Below are positions 9,429 to 20,578 of a DNA stretch of 64,000 nt, piece after piece (the stretch's first letter is position 1; each line of letters starts with the position of its first letter). Origin of the DNA: Deinococcales bacterium (GTDB taxonomy: Bacteria; Deinococcota; Deinococci; Deinococcales; JAAFIG01). The position numbers and the translations under genes are program-made. Location of the stretch: assembly GCA_031414595.1 (NCBI GenBank), contig JANNVX010000109.1, forward strand, positions 1 to 64,000, given 5' to 3'. The notes beneath the pieces were generated by a model. The model was not told the origin of the DNA, searched no databases, and saw nothing but the letters and a program-made list of their open reading frames with translations.

Positions 9429-12371
9429 CTATTTTGGTAACACAATTGGGTTTGGTAACAGTGGTATGATTGGCAGTCGCAGGTTGTCACGGTCTAACTC
9501 GAGCAGACTTTGCTTACCGTATGGCAAACTCAGCACAATACTAAACAAATAATTGGCGCTCACACTGGTGGTAATTGGTTTAAGACTGATGATAAAACTG
9601 TAACAACATTGGTCATAAATAACCGTGAAGGCGGGTTGTAGTGCAGTTGTGGCATTAAATCCTTGGCTGTCCCTAAACTCAAATGTTTGTGCAACATTAG
9701 CGACAAAAAATAAATTAGGGCGCTCTGAACCACCAATTGCAAAGGCAAAGGCTAAGCCCAAGGAACGCACTGTGAATCTATCCGTAAAAACACCTGTGCT
9801 GCGGTCTACACTGCGATTATAGGTTAGATCAGCAAAAGCACTGACTCCCGCCCGAATATCCCAACCAAAACGCAGTGTCAAATTGCTCCAAATCCATTCA
9901 AAGCTATCTGGGTCTGGTAAACGCAAACTCAGTTCAACTCCAAATTCAAAGGTAGCGCCTTTTAGGGTGTCAAACCGAGCCGTCAACGTTGGTTCATAGG
10001 CTTGGTAACTTTGTAAGTCTAAGCGACTACGAAAAGTAAAAGCCAAGGGTGTTGTTCCCGAAAAGGTAGCTTGTAATTCGAGGCTGCTTAGCGGCAACAA
10101 GTTGCTTTGAGAATTGTATGGCGCATAATCAAAACTATTGGTAAAGCGAATATCCAAACCCGTAAAAAAAGGACGGTCAAATTCGCTGCTGGCAAAGGTA
10201 TAGCGCACCCCAAGACTTCCGCTTAACTTGCTCGAGGTTGTACCAATTGGTGGGGTGTAGGTCTGATTAAAACTGAGCGCCACAGGATTTTCTGGGCTAC
10301 CAATAATAAAGCTCGAGTTCAAAGCAATACTTTTAATACTGGCATCGTTTAGGCTTTGCAGCAAATTGAGGCTGACAGTAAAAGCACGGTTAGCACTGTT
10401 AAAACCAACTCCTAAATTTAAGTCCTGAAATGTCCCCACGGGGTTGCTTAGGTTTGGGAAGGTGTAGCCAAACGCTAGACTAAAGCTGGTACGGCTCGAG
10501 CCAGACGAGGCTAAACGCAGACTGTACGCCACGGGTTTAGCGGTTTCAAAATCGTATTGACCAGACAAAGAAAAACTGACCGACTTAGGACTGAGGCTTA
10601 ATGTGGCACTAAACGGCTCGAACAAACCATCAAAAGTGGTGATATTACGAAAATTAACGGTAAAGCCGTACTGTTGGGTAGCGGTTAGATTTAGCCAAGG
10701 CAACGGGCGCAGGGTAAGGTTTGCGCCAAAACTGCCATTGCCAGCCCGATTAGAACTAAAGCTCTGGTCAATTGCAAAAGGAGTTTCGCCCCTCGAGACG
10801 TTATAACGGCTGTTTAGCCCCAACTCAAACCAAGTTCCAATACTTTGTTGCGCCCCAAGATTGGCATTAAAAACAATGTTACGTTCATACTCGCCGTCAA
10901 AGACCAAAGGGGCATTCACGGGGTCGCTGCTGTTGCGGCTGCTATAGTAACGCCCAGCAAAATCTGTGCCGCCAAAAAGTTTAGCCCCAGTCCAAAGCGG
11001 CTGCTCGAGCGCTACAGCCACAGCAAAGGCAACACGAAAAGCTGCAATGTTGGTTTGTTTATTTGTACCATCTGGGTTGATGCTGAGTGTCGCACTGGGA
11101 TTTAATGGATTGACTGGGGTGCTTAAAAACCCCGCGCTCCAATTCCAACTCGAGATTTGAAAACCCCCAAGTTTTGGTAACAAAGGCTTACCGGGCGTAA
11201 ACTGCAATTCAAAGATAAACGGCTGACGAATTTCTTTTTGGGATTCTAAATCGCTTCGGGTCGCGTTGGCAGTTAAGGACAAATCAAAAAGCGGTTCACG
11301 AAAACTTTGGACGTTGATGTCAAAACGCGCTGCCGACCATTTTAAGGCAAAATCCAAACGGGTTTGCTGATTGCCCCCATTTGGCAATGCCCCACGTAAT
11401 TCGGCACTTGCCCCTGAATCGGCTCGAGTCAGACTGGCGTTTAGTAGCAAGTCCGCCCAACGATCCTCGGGGTCACGCCCACCAATTGGAATTCGCATTT
11501 CCTCGAGCGCAAAACGGTAGGCGAGTTGTAATTCTGTACCAGACTGCGGTGGCAGCAACAAAAAAGCGGCTCGGGCTTTATTTGAGTAACCAAATAAATT
11601 GACAAAATTGACATCAAAGCCAATCCCAAAAGCTGGGGTTCGCGCCGCATAATAGCGCAGTAGCCAGTAACCAAAACCATTTTCGCCAATTGTAAACGGT
11701 AAATCCAAACCGACGGTTGGGCGGCTGGTGGTCTGACCTAAATTTAACTCAAGTTTTGGGTAACGCGAAGGCTCAGACAAAAAGACCACCACAATCGGCA
11801 AGTACATGATCGGCGCACCTGCCAATAAAATCGTCACATCTCGAGCCACCAAGCGGTCTCCGGGGTAAAGCGTAATTTCACCCGCCTTAAAACCATACGC
11901 ATCTTGTGTTGTGCCGCATCTCGAGCAGGGCGAAAAATATCCATCTTGGACACTGACTTGCCCGGGCAGACGTTCACAATTTACGCCCTCGACATCTATT
12001 TCGGTGGTTGAAATAAACACATCGGCGGCACTCAAGCCTTCGGACTCGAGGTCAACTTCAAAGTCTCGTCCAGCGATGGTGTCGGATTTACCTTGGAAAA
12101 TCCCTTCGCCCACAATTCGCAGTTTTCGGGTGGTTTTGTTGTACTCAATTCGGTCTGCCGTGATTTCGTCGTCATCTATTTTGATAATCGCGGGGTCGCC
12201 AACAATCACAATGTACTCTTCGCTTGTGCCGCTTGGTGTGGTCACACTTGGACGCAATTCGACTTTGGTGGCTTGAATTATCGTGATTTTACGGGCTTGG
12301 GCGGTGGTTGCCAAGCAAAAAATCAACAACACGAGAAAGAATTTCAAATAGCCTTCCGAATCTCTTGCCAA
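9429..12371 (-). CDS. LptD-like outer-membrane assembly protein (OstA-like N-terminus plus large beta-barrel)
   Basis: Signal peptide, ITADRIEYN, GYFSPCSRC, ITLYPGDRLVARDV; long aromatic beta-strand C-terminal region; downstream of lptF/G-like genes. Confidence 0.7.
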   Translation of the reverse strand: MARDSEGYLKFFLVLLIFCLATTAQARKITIIQATKVELRPSVTTPSGTSEEYIVIVGDPAIIKIDDDEITADRIEYNKTTRKLRIVGEGIFQGKSDTIAGRDFEVDLESEGLSAADVFISTTEIDVEGVNCERLPGQVSVQDGYFSPCSRCGTTQDAYGFKAGEITLYPGDRLVARDVTILLAGAPIMYLPIVVVFLSEPSRYPKLELNLGQTTSRPTVGLDLPFTIGENGFGYWLLRYYAARTPAFGIGFDVNFVNLFGYSNKARAAFLLLPPQSGTELQLAYRFALEEMRIPIGGRDPEDRWADLLLNASLTRADSGASAELRGALPNGGNQQTRLDFALKWSAARFDINVQSFREPLFDLSLTANATRSDLESQKEIRQPFIFELQFTPGKPLLPKLGGFQISSWNWSAGFLSTPVNPLNPSATLSINPDGTNKQTNIAAFRVAFAVAVALEQPLWTGAKLFGGTDFAGRYYSSRNSSDPVNAPLVFDGEYERNIVFNANLGAQQSIGTWFELGLNSRYNVSRGETPFAIDQSFSSNRAGNGSFGANLTLRPLPWLNLTATQQYGFTVNFRNITTFDGLFEPFSATLSLSPKSVSFSLSGQYDFETAKPVAYSLRLASSGSSRTSFSLAFGYTFPNLSNPVGTFQDLNLGVGFNSANRAFTVSLNLLQSLNDASIKSIALNSSFIIGSPENPVALSFNQTYTPPIGTTSSKLSGSLGVRYTFASSEFDRPFFTGLDIRFTNSFDYAPYNSQSNLLPLSSLELQATFSGTTPLAFTFRSRLDLQSYQAYEPTLTARFDTLKGATFEFGVELSLRLPDPDSFEWIWSNLTLRFGWDIRAGVSAFADLTYNRSVDRSTGVFTDRFTVRSLGLAFAFAIGGSERPNLFFVANVAQTFEFRDSQGFNATTALQPAFTVIYDQCCYSFIISLKPITTSVSANYLFSIVLSLPYGKQSLLELDRDNLRLPIIPLLPNPIVLPK

Positions 12372-12428
12372 TTCATACTTAAATTTTACTGACTCGAGAT
12401 GAGACTCTTGCCCAATGAACCATGAGTT

Positions 12429-13568
12429 TTAACGCCGTCGAGCAAGCCATAAAAACACCATTCCAGCCCCAGCATAAATCACATTCGGCATCCATGCGGC
12501 TAAGAGTGGCATCAGCGCCCCGTTCTCACCCATGACCCTAAAAACCGTGCTGGTGGCGTAATAAAAAAAAGTAAAAAAGGCTGCGCCAGTAAAACCAAAA
12601 TTTTGATTACTGCGAAGCGCCCATAAGCTGACACCAATGCCAAATAACGCAAAGGCAATGGCGGCAATCGGTTCGGCAAATTTTCGGTGCAGCGCAGTCA
12701 ATTCATTATTTGGCACAAAACCTTGGGTGCGGTAAGTGTTAATCCGAGCCAGTAAATCAAAAACTGATAATTGCATCGCATCGGCACTTAAACCACTACC
12801 CTGACGCAATTGACGAATCGGAATGGTGGCTTGAGCAAACCGAATCACGGTCACAGGACGGGCATCGCCGCCCTTATAGGTGGTGCGTGTGCCATTCTCG
12901 AGTAGTATTGCCCCTTCTTCTTTGAGGATGCTGCCCGTTGGCGCTCGGGTGATGGTGCTTGGCACTTGCCCAGATTGTCCTTGCAGCACGGTAATATCGC
13001 TTAAGTTGCCATTGCTCGAGATTCCACCGGGGGCAATGTAAATCACTTGATTTTGCGAGTCCTTAAAAAATTGTCCATCGGCAACCACAATTTTTGGATT
13101 GGACAGCACAATGTCCTTAAAAACGCGCTGGGCTTCGGTAAATGCCCGAGGTTTAATCGTTTCGGCATTGATAAATGCCAGCATTGCCACAACTGTTCCC
13201 ATGCCAAGCACAGGAAAAACCAAGCGGGTCGGCGGAACACCACTGACTATCGCAGCTTTAAGTTCGCTGTCTTGGGTTAAACGACTTAGACCCATTAAAA
13301 CCGCAAAAAGCATGGCGAGCGGTAAAGCCCGCGACATCATGTCTGGGATGTTAAACGCCATAAATTGCAGTACAAGAAGCGGATTTGCACCCTTAGATAA
13401 AATTTCTCCAGCTTGGGCAAACATCGCCCCCATAATCAAAACCAGTACCACCACGGTTAAACCACTCAGCAACCACGGCAAAATCTCGTTCAGTAAATAC
13501 CAATCGAGTTTGGTAATCCGTGGCGGACGCGGCGCAGATTGCTTGGCAATGGCTCGAGCAGGGTTCAC
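12429..13568 (-). CDS. LptF/LptG family permease
   Basis: LDWYLLNEI, ALPLAMLFAVLMGLSRLTQDSELKA, LHRKFAEP, LAAWMPN; GTG start overlaps the upstream stop. Confidence 0.9.
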   Translation of the reverse strand: MNPARAIAKQSAPRPPRITKLDWYLLNEILPWLLSGLTVVVLVLIMGAMFAQAGEILSKGANPLLVLQFMAFNIPDMMSRALPLAMLFAVLMGLSRLTQDSELKAAIVSGVPPTRLVFPVLGMGTVVAMLAFINAETIKPRAFTEAQRVFKDIVLSNPKIVVADGQFFKDSQNQVIYIAPGGISSNGNLSDITVLQGQSGQVPSTITRAPTGSILKEEGAILLENGTRTTYKGGDARPVTVIRFAQATIPIRQLRQGSGLSADAMQLSVFDLLARINTYRTQGFVPNNELTALHRKFAEPIAAIAFALFGIGVSLWALRSNQNFGFTGAAFFTFFYYATSTVFRVMGENGALMPLLAAWMPNVIYAGAGMVFLWLARRR

Positions 13569-14623
13569 GATAGCCTCCGAAAAGCCACCAACGTACCAAC
13601 AGCAAAAAGCATGGTTGGAAGCCAAGCTGCAAACCAGAATGGCACAGCTTGCGAAGCAGCTAATTGTTGCCCCATAATCCACATTGCCCAGTACAATGCC
13701 AGCACCACAATTGTGGCTAAAAAGCCAGTGGCACGGCTCGAGATGCCTAAACCAACCGCCGCCCCAAGTAATGCCATCATCAGGGCAGCAAACGGGTCGG
13801 CAAAACGCCGTTGTAGTAGATAATTGGCGGTGTAACGTTCTTGTAGGCTTTGGGTGGTACTCGAGGCACGTTTAGCAAGGTCTGGTAAACTTAGATGCTC
13901 TGGTAATTTTGCGTCCGGCTCGAGGGCTGCTTGGAAGGCAAATTCTTTACGCACTTCGGGGACCCCCTCGAGTTTACCGTTTTTATCGGTGCGGTACACC
14001 GTGAATAACTGCCATGTTTTGGCTCGAGCATCCCAAGTCCCTCGGGTGGCGGTAAAAGTCCCTTCTTCGGTAATCACGGCTACGCCATACAAATCGGCGA
14101 CCTTTTTATCCTCGAGTTTAGGGGCGACTGTTCCCGCATGAAACAAGGTCTTGCCATCTGGACTGGCAAAACTTTTCAGTTCTTGGGTGGTGCTGGGTTC
14201 AGAATTAAAGAGCTTGGCAAAACTGGTTTTGAAACGTTCTTCGGCGGCTGGTTGCCAGACATTGGTGCTGTAAAACTGAAAACCTGTGACACACAAACCA
14301 AAACAAACAAACACCCAAAGCATCCAAGCTGGACGTACCCCAAGGGCATACAAGGCTTTGAGTTCTGAGTCCTTACCGAGCCGCCCTAAACCGACTGGAA
14401 TGGCAAACGCTAGGGCTGGGGCAATCATGTACGACAAAAAAAATGGGATTCGGTCTGCCACATTTTGCACAATTAAACCAACTGGCGAATTATTGCGAAT
14501 AAAAAACCCAATCAGGGTCGCAAAATAATCGAGTAACAGCAACACCAAAATGGTCAGCACACCAACAAAATACAAAGGCACAGACTCGCGCAATAAATAC
14601 AATGAGACACGACGAACGAGCAT
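13565..14623 (-). CDS. LptF/LptG family permease
   Basis: YLLRES, GRLGKDSELKALYALG, QRRFADP, FAAWLP. Confidence 0.9.
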   Translation of the reverse strand: MLVRRVSLYLLRESVPLYFVGVLTILVLLLLDYFATLIGFFIRNNSPVGLIVQNVADRIPFFLSYMIAPALAFAIPVGLGRLGKDSELKALYALGVRPAWMLWVFVCFGLCVTGFQFYSTNVWQPAAEERFKTSFAKLFNSEPSTTQELKSFASPDGKTLFHAGTVAPKLEDKKVADLYGVAVITEEGTFTATRGTWDARAKTWQLFTVYRTDKNGKLEGVPEVRKEFAFQAALEPDAKLPEHLSLPDLAKRASSTTQSLQERYTANYLLQRRFADPFAALMMALLGAAVGLGISSRATGFLATIVVLALYWAMWIMGQQLAASQAVPFWFAAWLPTMLFAVGTLVAFRRLS

Positions 14624-14713
14624 GTCCTAGAGGCTAACGGCTCGAGATGAGTATTTCGACAGGAATTCGATTAGGAATGTAGATTGTCTTATGTGCCACT
14701 GATTCCGTGTGAC

Positions 14714-17593
14714 TCATACAAGACTGATGCCACGTGACTCGAGGGCAGCTTCTAGTTCGGCTTGGGCATTTGGGTCTGGGCTTTTTTTGCCCAATACCAA
14801 CGGGAGTATCTGCTCGAGTTGCGCCTGCGAACCAAATTTTAGGACAGCAATACCAGCCCGTATCTGGGCAAATGGCACTTGGGTTTTTAGGGCATTATCA
14901 AAAGATTGGGTCACGGCTTCATCCCGATTTTCAATTTGACCCAAAATATCGTAGAGGTTAGCCAGTTTTCCCCAAGCTAAGGTTCGAGTGGTGGAATTGC
15001 CGTGCTGAGCATTGTGTTTGTATTGAATAATAGCTTCTTGAAAACGCCCCAAGCGCATTAGGCAAGCCGCTAAACCATTGCGTAAATACTCGGAGTTGCC
15101 AAATTCATCTAATTTCAAGGCTTCTTCAGCAATCAGTACGGCTTCTTGGTTGCGGTCGGCGTTTTGTAATGCCCACATGATTTGAATACTGGCGTTGACT
15201 TGGGCATAGCGGGCTTGACTGCGCTTGGCAATACTAAGGGCTTCAAAATGAAGTGGCAAGGCTTCAACTTCACGCCCTGTATCGTCGTAAACCGCCGCTA
15301 GACTCGAGACGATAATCGCTAAATCACCACTTTCGGACAACTGACTTAAACGAGTTCTGGCTTTTTGCAGCATCTCAATGCACTCGGGGTAACGCTGCTG
15401 GGCTTCAAAAATATCAAAGGCGACTTCCTCGAGTGTGGCATCAGTGCGCTCGAATTGCTCGGACAAGACCAAGGCTTCTTCGATTTGTTGGGCGGCATAT
15501 TCTAAATCTCCTGAATCATAGGCTTGGCTGGCAAGCACACTTAAGGCATTAGCACGGTTTTCTGTGGTGGTGCTTTGACCTAATACAATGTTGGCACAAT
15601 GCTTGGCGGCGCTTGGGTCGTTGAGTTGATTGTGCAGCACCGCCAAAGTTGCCAGAATATCCAAGCGCTCTGGCTCGAGTTGATGCGCTCGCAGTAAAAT
15701 TTCTCTGGATTCGTGCAGTAAACCAAGTTGACGTTTTGCCATGCCTTCGGCGGTTAATAACGGCAAGGCAGCTTTGGGCTGACCCGCCTTTAGGAAATGC
15801 TCGGCTTGTTGTAACCGTGGCAAGTCCAGATTTGCTGCCGCTTGATGCCAGTAGCTTCGGCGGTTTTGCGATAAATTGGCATATACACTCTGGCGCAGTA
15901 AATCATGCTCGAATCGTCCGAAGGTAATGAATTTGGCTTGCTCGAGAATTTCTAAGGCATCGAGCATTTTGGCAGCACTAAAACCAGTCATCTGACACAG
16001 CAGACTTAAATCCAAGCCTTCACCCAGCACACTGGCAGCCCCAAGAATAAGCTGTGTGGTTTTTGGCAGGCGCACGACTCGAGCCAGAATCACATCGGCA
16101 ACTCGAGTTGGCACAGCCAGTTCGTGATAATCGGTGCTGATTTCATCCAAAGCACTGCGCCAATGATGGTTTTCGACCCGTAAGAGACCTTTTTCAAACA
16201 AGGCTTTTAGTACCTCGAGCAGAAAAAAAGTGTTTCCTCCGGTGCGCTCCAGTAAAAACTGACTGAAAATCGGATAGTGTTCTTCCGTGCCAATTAAACT
16301 CGAGACAAGACGCTCTACACCCGTTAAATCAAAAGGTTGCAGGATAATTTTTTCGGCTCGCCAAGCGCTAAAATACTGCCCAAGTGTTTCAGAAATTTCG
16401 GTTGAACGCACTGTACCGTAAACCCGAATTCGTTCTCGAGCCAAAAAAAAAGTCATAAATTCTAGGGTAGCCGAGTCCGCCCATTGCAAATCATCAAACA
16501 ATAACGGCGTATTTTCTTGTTCACAAAAACGCGCCAAGGCTTCGAGCAGACGGGTTTTGGCGTTGTTTGCATCGGTGCTTTGTACCAAACCTAATTCTGG
16601 CAGCAATCTGGCTAAATCCTCGCGGTACACGCCCAGTGCCTCGGCTTTTTCGGGGGTGATGGTAAGCCTTAAATACCTTAAAAGCGGGGCGTAACTGATG
16701 CCTTCTAAACCCTCAAAGCAACCCAAGACCCGTGCTTCGGGCAGCACCTCGAGCGCAAAACGGCTCTTGCCGACCCCAGCCTCGCCAATAATCAAGACCA
16801 CATTGGCTTGACTGGCACGCAATTTAGCGGCTTCTAGGTCGCGCCCAATCAACTTTGGAGGACGCAGCACTGTCAGTGGAACTGGCTCTATCATTGGCTG
16901 TAGCTCGAGCGGTTGGGCGGCTAAAATCTGGGTGTGTAGTGCGATTGTGGCAGTATTGGGGACTGCGTTTAATTCTTTTAAGACCATTTCAAAACGCTTA
17001 AATGCACTCAGGGCAGCTTGGCGTTGCCCAGCCAAATACGCAGCCTTTAAGTAGGCATTCAAAACCATTTCATCAAATTCGTCGTTCTGCCATAATTGCA
17101 ATAACAATGTGCTGGCAGCCAAAAAATCTTGTTGCTCGAGACAACCTTGACTTTGGGCAAACATCGCTTCGCGCCAAGCCCCAGCCAATTTATCGCGTTC
17201 TAAACTCAGCCACTCCTCAAGGGCTGGACTTGCACTCCTGCCCTGCAAAAGTAAAGGCTGCTGATACAACTCGAGCGCCGTAACCCAGTCGCCAGCCCCA
17301 ATTGCTTCCTTAAAAAGTTGAACATCAGTTTGGATTAAAAAACGCACCCGACTTGTTTCTACCTCGAGATTTGCTGCCCACGGCAATGCCTTAGCACGGT
17401 TTAATAAAAGCCGCAAAGTATGCCGCGCCACGTCATCAGGTGCGTCTGGACGCAACAACAACGCCAAACTTGAGCGAGCCACCCAAGTGCCTTGGAGTGC
17501 CAAGTAGCAAAGTAAAAAGGCTGGTTTGGTCAGGGCAAAGTTTACCGCCATTGTTTCAATCACAGCTTGCGGTGAACGCAGTAAAAATAGCAT
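14714..17593 (-). CDS. SARP/BTAD-domain transcriptional regulator with AAA ATPase and TPR region
   Basis: N-terminal LLCYLAL...TDV BTAD pattern, Walker A GEAGVGKS, FDDLQWADSAT, TGGNTFFLLE, helical repeats. Confidence 0.85.
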   Translation of the reverse strand: MLFLLRSPQAVIETMAVNFALTKPAFLLCYLALQGTWVARSSLALLLRPDAPDDVARHTLRLLLNRAKALPWAANLEVETSRVRFLIQTDVQLFKEAIGAGDWVTALELYQQPLLLQGRSASPALEEWLSLERDKLAGAWREAMFAQSQGCLEQQDFLAASTLLLQLWQNDEFDEMVLNAYLKAAYLAGQRQAALSAFKRFEMVLKELNAVPNTATIALHTQILAAQPLELQPMIEPVPLTVLRPPKLIGRDLEAAKLRASQANVVLIIGEAGVGKSRFALEVLPEARVLGCFEGLEGISYAPLLRYLRLTITPEKAEALGVYREDLARLLPELGLVQSTDANNAKTRLLEALARFCEQENTPLLFDDLQWADSATLEFMTFFLARERIRVYGTVRSTEISETLGQYFSAWRAEKIILQPFDLTGVERLVSSLIGTEEHYPIFSQFLLERTGGNTFFLLEVLKALFEKGLLRVENHHWRSALDEISTDYHELAVPTRVADVILARVVRLPKTTQLILGAASVLGEGLDLSLLCQMTGFSAAKMLDALEILEQAKFITFGRFEHDLLRQSVYANLSQNRRSYWHQAAANLDLPRLQQAEHFLKAGQPKAALPLLTAEGMAKRQLGLLHESREILLRAHQLEPERLDILATLAVLHNQLNDPSAAKHCANIVLGQSTTTENRANALSVLASQAYDSGDLEYAAQQIEEALVLSEQFERTDATLEEVAFDIFEAQQRYPECIEMLQKARTRLSQLSESGDLAIIVSSLAAVYDDTGREVEALPLHFEALSIAKRSQARYAQVNASIQIMWALQNADRNQEAVLIAEEALKLDEFGNSEYLRNGLAACLMRLGRFQEAIIQYKHNAQHGNSTTRTLAWGKLANLYDILGQIENRDEAVTQSFDNALKTQVPFAQIRAGIAVLKFGSQAQLEQILPLVLGKKSPDPNAQAELEAALESRGISLV

Positions 17594-17650
17594 CGGTTCT
17601 TATTATGCCCATACTTTAGCTATTTCGGCTCGAGTTCAAATACTGAACAT

Positions 17651-17823
17651 AGAGCCTCCGAAAGAATTCCATTTCATCGTTGTAACAGGACAGACACAGG
17701 GGTCTGTCCCTACGGTCATGGAATAAAAAATGCGTGAGGTAGGGGCGAACCCCCGTGTTCGCCTTGTTTTTTCATTCATGCATTTGATGAAAAACCCTAA
17801 AAATCAAGACCTTTCGAGGCTCT
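17651..17823. mobile_element. Putative MITE-like element enclosing a REP pair
   Basis: Imperfect terminal inverted repeats agagcctccgaaag (17651-17664) and ctttcgaggctct (17811-17823). Confidence 0.45.
17687..17765. repeat. Pair of GTAG-type REPs
   Basis: 17687-17713 is the exact reverse complement of the REP at 4415-4441; second REP gtaggggcgaacccccgtgttcgcctt at 17739-17765. Confidence 0.85.
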
Positions 17824-17882
17824 GATACTGACCTAGCTTTGAACGATTCTGTACCAATCTGTCTGATAGAATCCCCAAGGTC

Positions 17883-18626
17883 ATGCCGCAACCTCATTTA
17901 ATTGCTCCAAGTTTATTGGCTTGTGATTTTTCACATTTAGCCGATGAAATCCTTGCCATCGAGCAAGCAGGAGCAGCTTGGGCGCATTTTGATGTCATGG
18001 ATGGCACATTTGTACCCAACATCAGCTTTGGTGTACCGATTCTCACAGCGTGCCGTAAAAGCACAACACTCCTGACTTTGGATGTCCATTTGATGGTACA
18101 AAACCCAGAGCGCTATGTCGAAGCCTTTGCTGCGGCTGGCGCTGACATCATCACGATTCATGCTGAAGCCACAAGCCATGCTCACCGAGCGGTACAAATG
18201 ATTAAGTCTTTTGGCAAACGGGCTGGACTGGCGATTAACCCCGGAACACCCATCGAGGCATTTAGACCACTGCTGCCCGATTTGGACTTGATTTTGCTGA
18301 TGAGTGTCAATCCCGGTTTTGGTGGTCAGCAATTTATCCCAAGCAGTTTAGAACGCCTGCGCCAAGCCGCACATTTACGCGACCAACTCAACCCACAGTG
18401 TTTGCTCGAGGTGGACGGCGGAGTCAATGCTAAAAACATTTTGAGTATCGCCCAAGCAGGAGCGGATGTTCTTGTGGCTGGCTCAGCCGTGTTTAGTCCA
18501 CCGAGTATTGCCTATAATTACGCCGTGCTAAAAGCCAAACTCGAGGGCAAAGAAGTGTTGGTGTCTCCGAATCTCGAGGCGGGCAATGAATCGCTGACTT
18601 TAGAATTTAACGAAGGTACACCATGA
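17883..18626 (+). CDS. rpe: Ribulose-phosphate 3-epimerase
   Basis: [49 protein letters not shown]. Confidence 0.97.
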   Translation: MPQPHLIAPSLLACDFSHLADEILAIEQAGAAWAHFDVMDGTFVPNISFGVPILTACRKSTTLLTLDVHLMVQNPERYVEAFAAAGADIITIHAEATSHAHRAVQMIKSFGKRAGLAINPGTPIEAFRPLLPDLDLILLMSVNPGFGGQQFIPSSLERLRQAAHLRDQLNPQCLLEVDGGVNAKNILSIAQAGADVLVAGSAVFSPPSIAYNYAVLKAKLEGKEVLVSPNLEAGNESLTLEFNEGTP

Positions 18627-19348
18627 TGCGTCTACGGGTGGATGTCCTACCCCGAAGCGCCCAAGACCTCGGTTTCCAACCCTTTGCTGATACGGTTCTG
18701 GTCGTGGACACGTTACGAGCCACCACCACTGCTATCACATATCTCGAGCAGGGTGCGGATAATTTATACCTCTGCCCAGACCTCGAGACTGCCTTGGCAT
18801 TCAAAGCTGAGGGAATCGTTCTGGCTGGCGAACGCAACTGCCTTCCGCCCGATGGTTTTGACCTTGGTAATAGCCCGGTTCAAGCCTTAGAGCATCGTTT
18901 TGACAAGCAAACCGTGGTGATGAGTACCACCAATGGCACGATTGCCGCCGCCGCCGCTTGCGACACTGGTAAAAACATCATTCTTGCTAGTCTTCGCAAT
19001 GCTCACGCGGCTGCCCGCAAAGCCAAAGAACTCGCCACCGAAGAAATTGCGATTTTGTGCGCTGGTTCAAACGGACGCATTGGGCTTGAAGATGTCTACA
19101 CGGCTGGGGTACTTTGCGAATACTTAATCAGCATGACCGAATGCAGCTTAGATGATGGGGCGCAAATTGCCCTGACTGTCCGCCGCCAATTTGCCGACCC
19201 ACTCGAGCCGCTCTCGAAATCTCGAGCTGCCGAAATCATCAGTAATGTTGGTTTAGAAGCCGATATTACTTACGCTGCCGAAGTCTCGAGAAGCACGATT
19301 GTACCGATTTTTATTGGACGGAGCGGTACAGCCCTGATTTTTAAGTAA
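18623..19348 (+). CDS. comB: 2-phosphosulfolactate phosphatase family protein
   Basis: [32 protein letters not shown]...LED. Confidence 0.92.
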   Translation: MMRLRVDVLPRSAQDLGFQPFADTVLVVDTLRATTTAITYLEQGADNLYLCPDLETALAFKAEGIVLAGERNCLPPDGFDLGNSPVQALEHRFDKQTVVMSTTNGTIAAAAACDTGKNIILASLRNAHAAARKAKELATEEIAILCAGSNGRIGLEDVYTAGVLCEYLISMTECSLDDGAQIALTVRRQFADPLEPLSKSRAAEIISNVGLEADITYAAEVSRSTIVPIFIGRSGTALIFK

Positions 19349-19361
19349 GTCTGGTGAGCCA

Positions 19362-20411
19362 ATGCGAATCTTCAAACGAGTTTTGCTGACCACTATCGGA
19401 TTTTTTGCGGTAATAGCTGTAATCTGGACGGTCTTGCCGACACCTGCAACCAGTGTCGAAACGATTTACTCGAGAGGTGTTTTCCCAGTTGTGGCATGGC
19501 TGGTTGTTGGTGTTACCGATGTATTCCCGTTTTCTGTAGGTGGTGCGCTCTTAATCATCACTCCTATTTTCTTTATTTTCTTTTCAATCCAAATAATTCA
19601 ATTAATTCCAAAAAGACGTTTGCTTATCGCTTGGCTTTGGCAGTTACCACTGGCAGCCCTGACTTTGTATGGAATTTTTATTCTCGTTTGGGGCGCAAAT
19701 TACCGCCGCTTAGGAATAGAAGAACTCTGGCAACTCGAGACCAATAAAGTCAAAACCCAAGACCTAGAAATGTTAGCTGAGAACCTAATCATTATTTTGC
19801 AGCAAGAACAAAACTCCACTCGAGAGGCAGATGATGCGTTTACAGCCTTACGTGCGGCAGTACAAACACAAATTAAGCAAATCACTGGTGTTACCCCAAC
19901 GCTACCGAGCCGCATAAAAGGCACTCCTGCGGGATTACTGATGGTCTTACAAACCTCTGGGGTAGTTTCGCCTATCACCCTCGAGGCACACGTAGACAGT
20001 GGACTTCCAGAACCGCTTTTTCTAGCGGTTGCAACCCATGAATTGGTTCACACCGCAGGGTTTGCTGGCGAAGCCGACACCGACCTGATTGCGGCTGTGG
20101 CTGGCTTAGGCTCGAGCAACGCTTATGCACGGTACTGCGCTGCCCTAGCCTATTTTGGCAAAATTCTCGGCGATATTCCCAAAAAAAGCCAAAGTAAACT
20201 GATTCAGCAATTGCCGGTTCAAGCCAAAAACGATTATGTGGCGTTGCGAATAGCACAAGGACAATACTCAATCCCGTGGCTGGCAAGTCTTTCTCAAATT
20301 ACTTACAACCAATACTTAAAAAGCCAAGGGGTAAAAGCTGGGGTACAAGATTACTCGAGAATCGCATCTTTACTGGCAGCCGCCCAAAATAAAGGACTGA
20401 TTTTTCGGTAA
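19362..20411 (+). CDS. DUF3810-like membrane-anchored zincin-motif protein
   Basis: VETIYSRG, PFSVG, WGANYRR, SPITLEAHV, THELVHTAGFAGEAD (HExxH). Confidence 0.75.
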   Translation: MRIFKRVLLTTIGFFAVIAVIWTVLPTPATSVETIYSRGVFPVVAWLVVGVTDVFPFSVGGALLIITPIFFIFFSIQIIQLIPKRRLLIAWLWQLPLAALTLYGIFILVWGANYRRLGIEELWQLETNKVKTQDLEMLAENLIIILQQEQNSTREADDAFTALRAAVQTQIKQITGVTPTLPSRIKGTPAGLLMVLQTSGVVSPITLEAHVDSGLPEPLFLAVATHELVHTAGFAGEADTDLIAAVAGLGSSNAYARYCAALAYFGKILGDIPKKSQSKLIQQLPVQAKNDYVALRIAQGQYSIPWLASLSQITYNQYLKSQGVKAGVQDYSRIASLLAAAQNKGLIFR

Positions 20412-20532
20412 AAATCTTGTCTGGTACGGTCTCGAGTGCATAAATTTGACGAATAGAGAATACCATGCTACTATTACATTTATCAGCGCTCATGAGTGGC
20501 GCATTTTTTATGTCTACTCGAGATAGGATTAA

Positions 20533-20563
20533 AAACGCTTGGCTCTGAAAAAAGCCAAGCGTT
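20533..20563. terminator. Intrinsic terminator between convergent genes
   Basis: aaacgcttggct...agccaagcgttt stem. Confidence 0.7.
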
Positions 20564-20578
20564 TCACCGTATTGGGTT

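Noticed and set aside
18623-19348. comB as evidence of coenzyme M synthesis
   Set aside because: ComB-family phosphatases are widespread in non-methanogens and no other com genes are present
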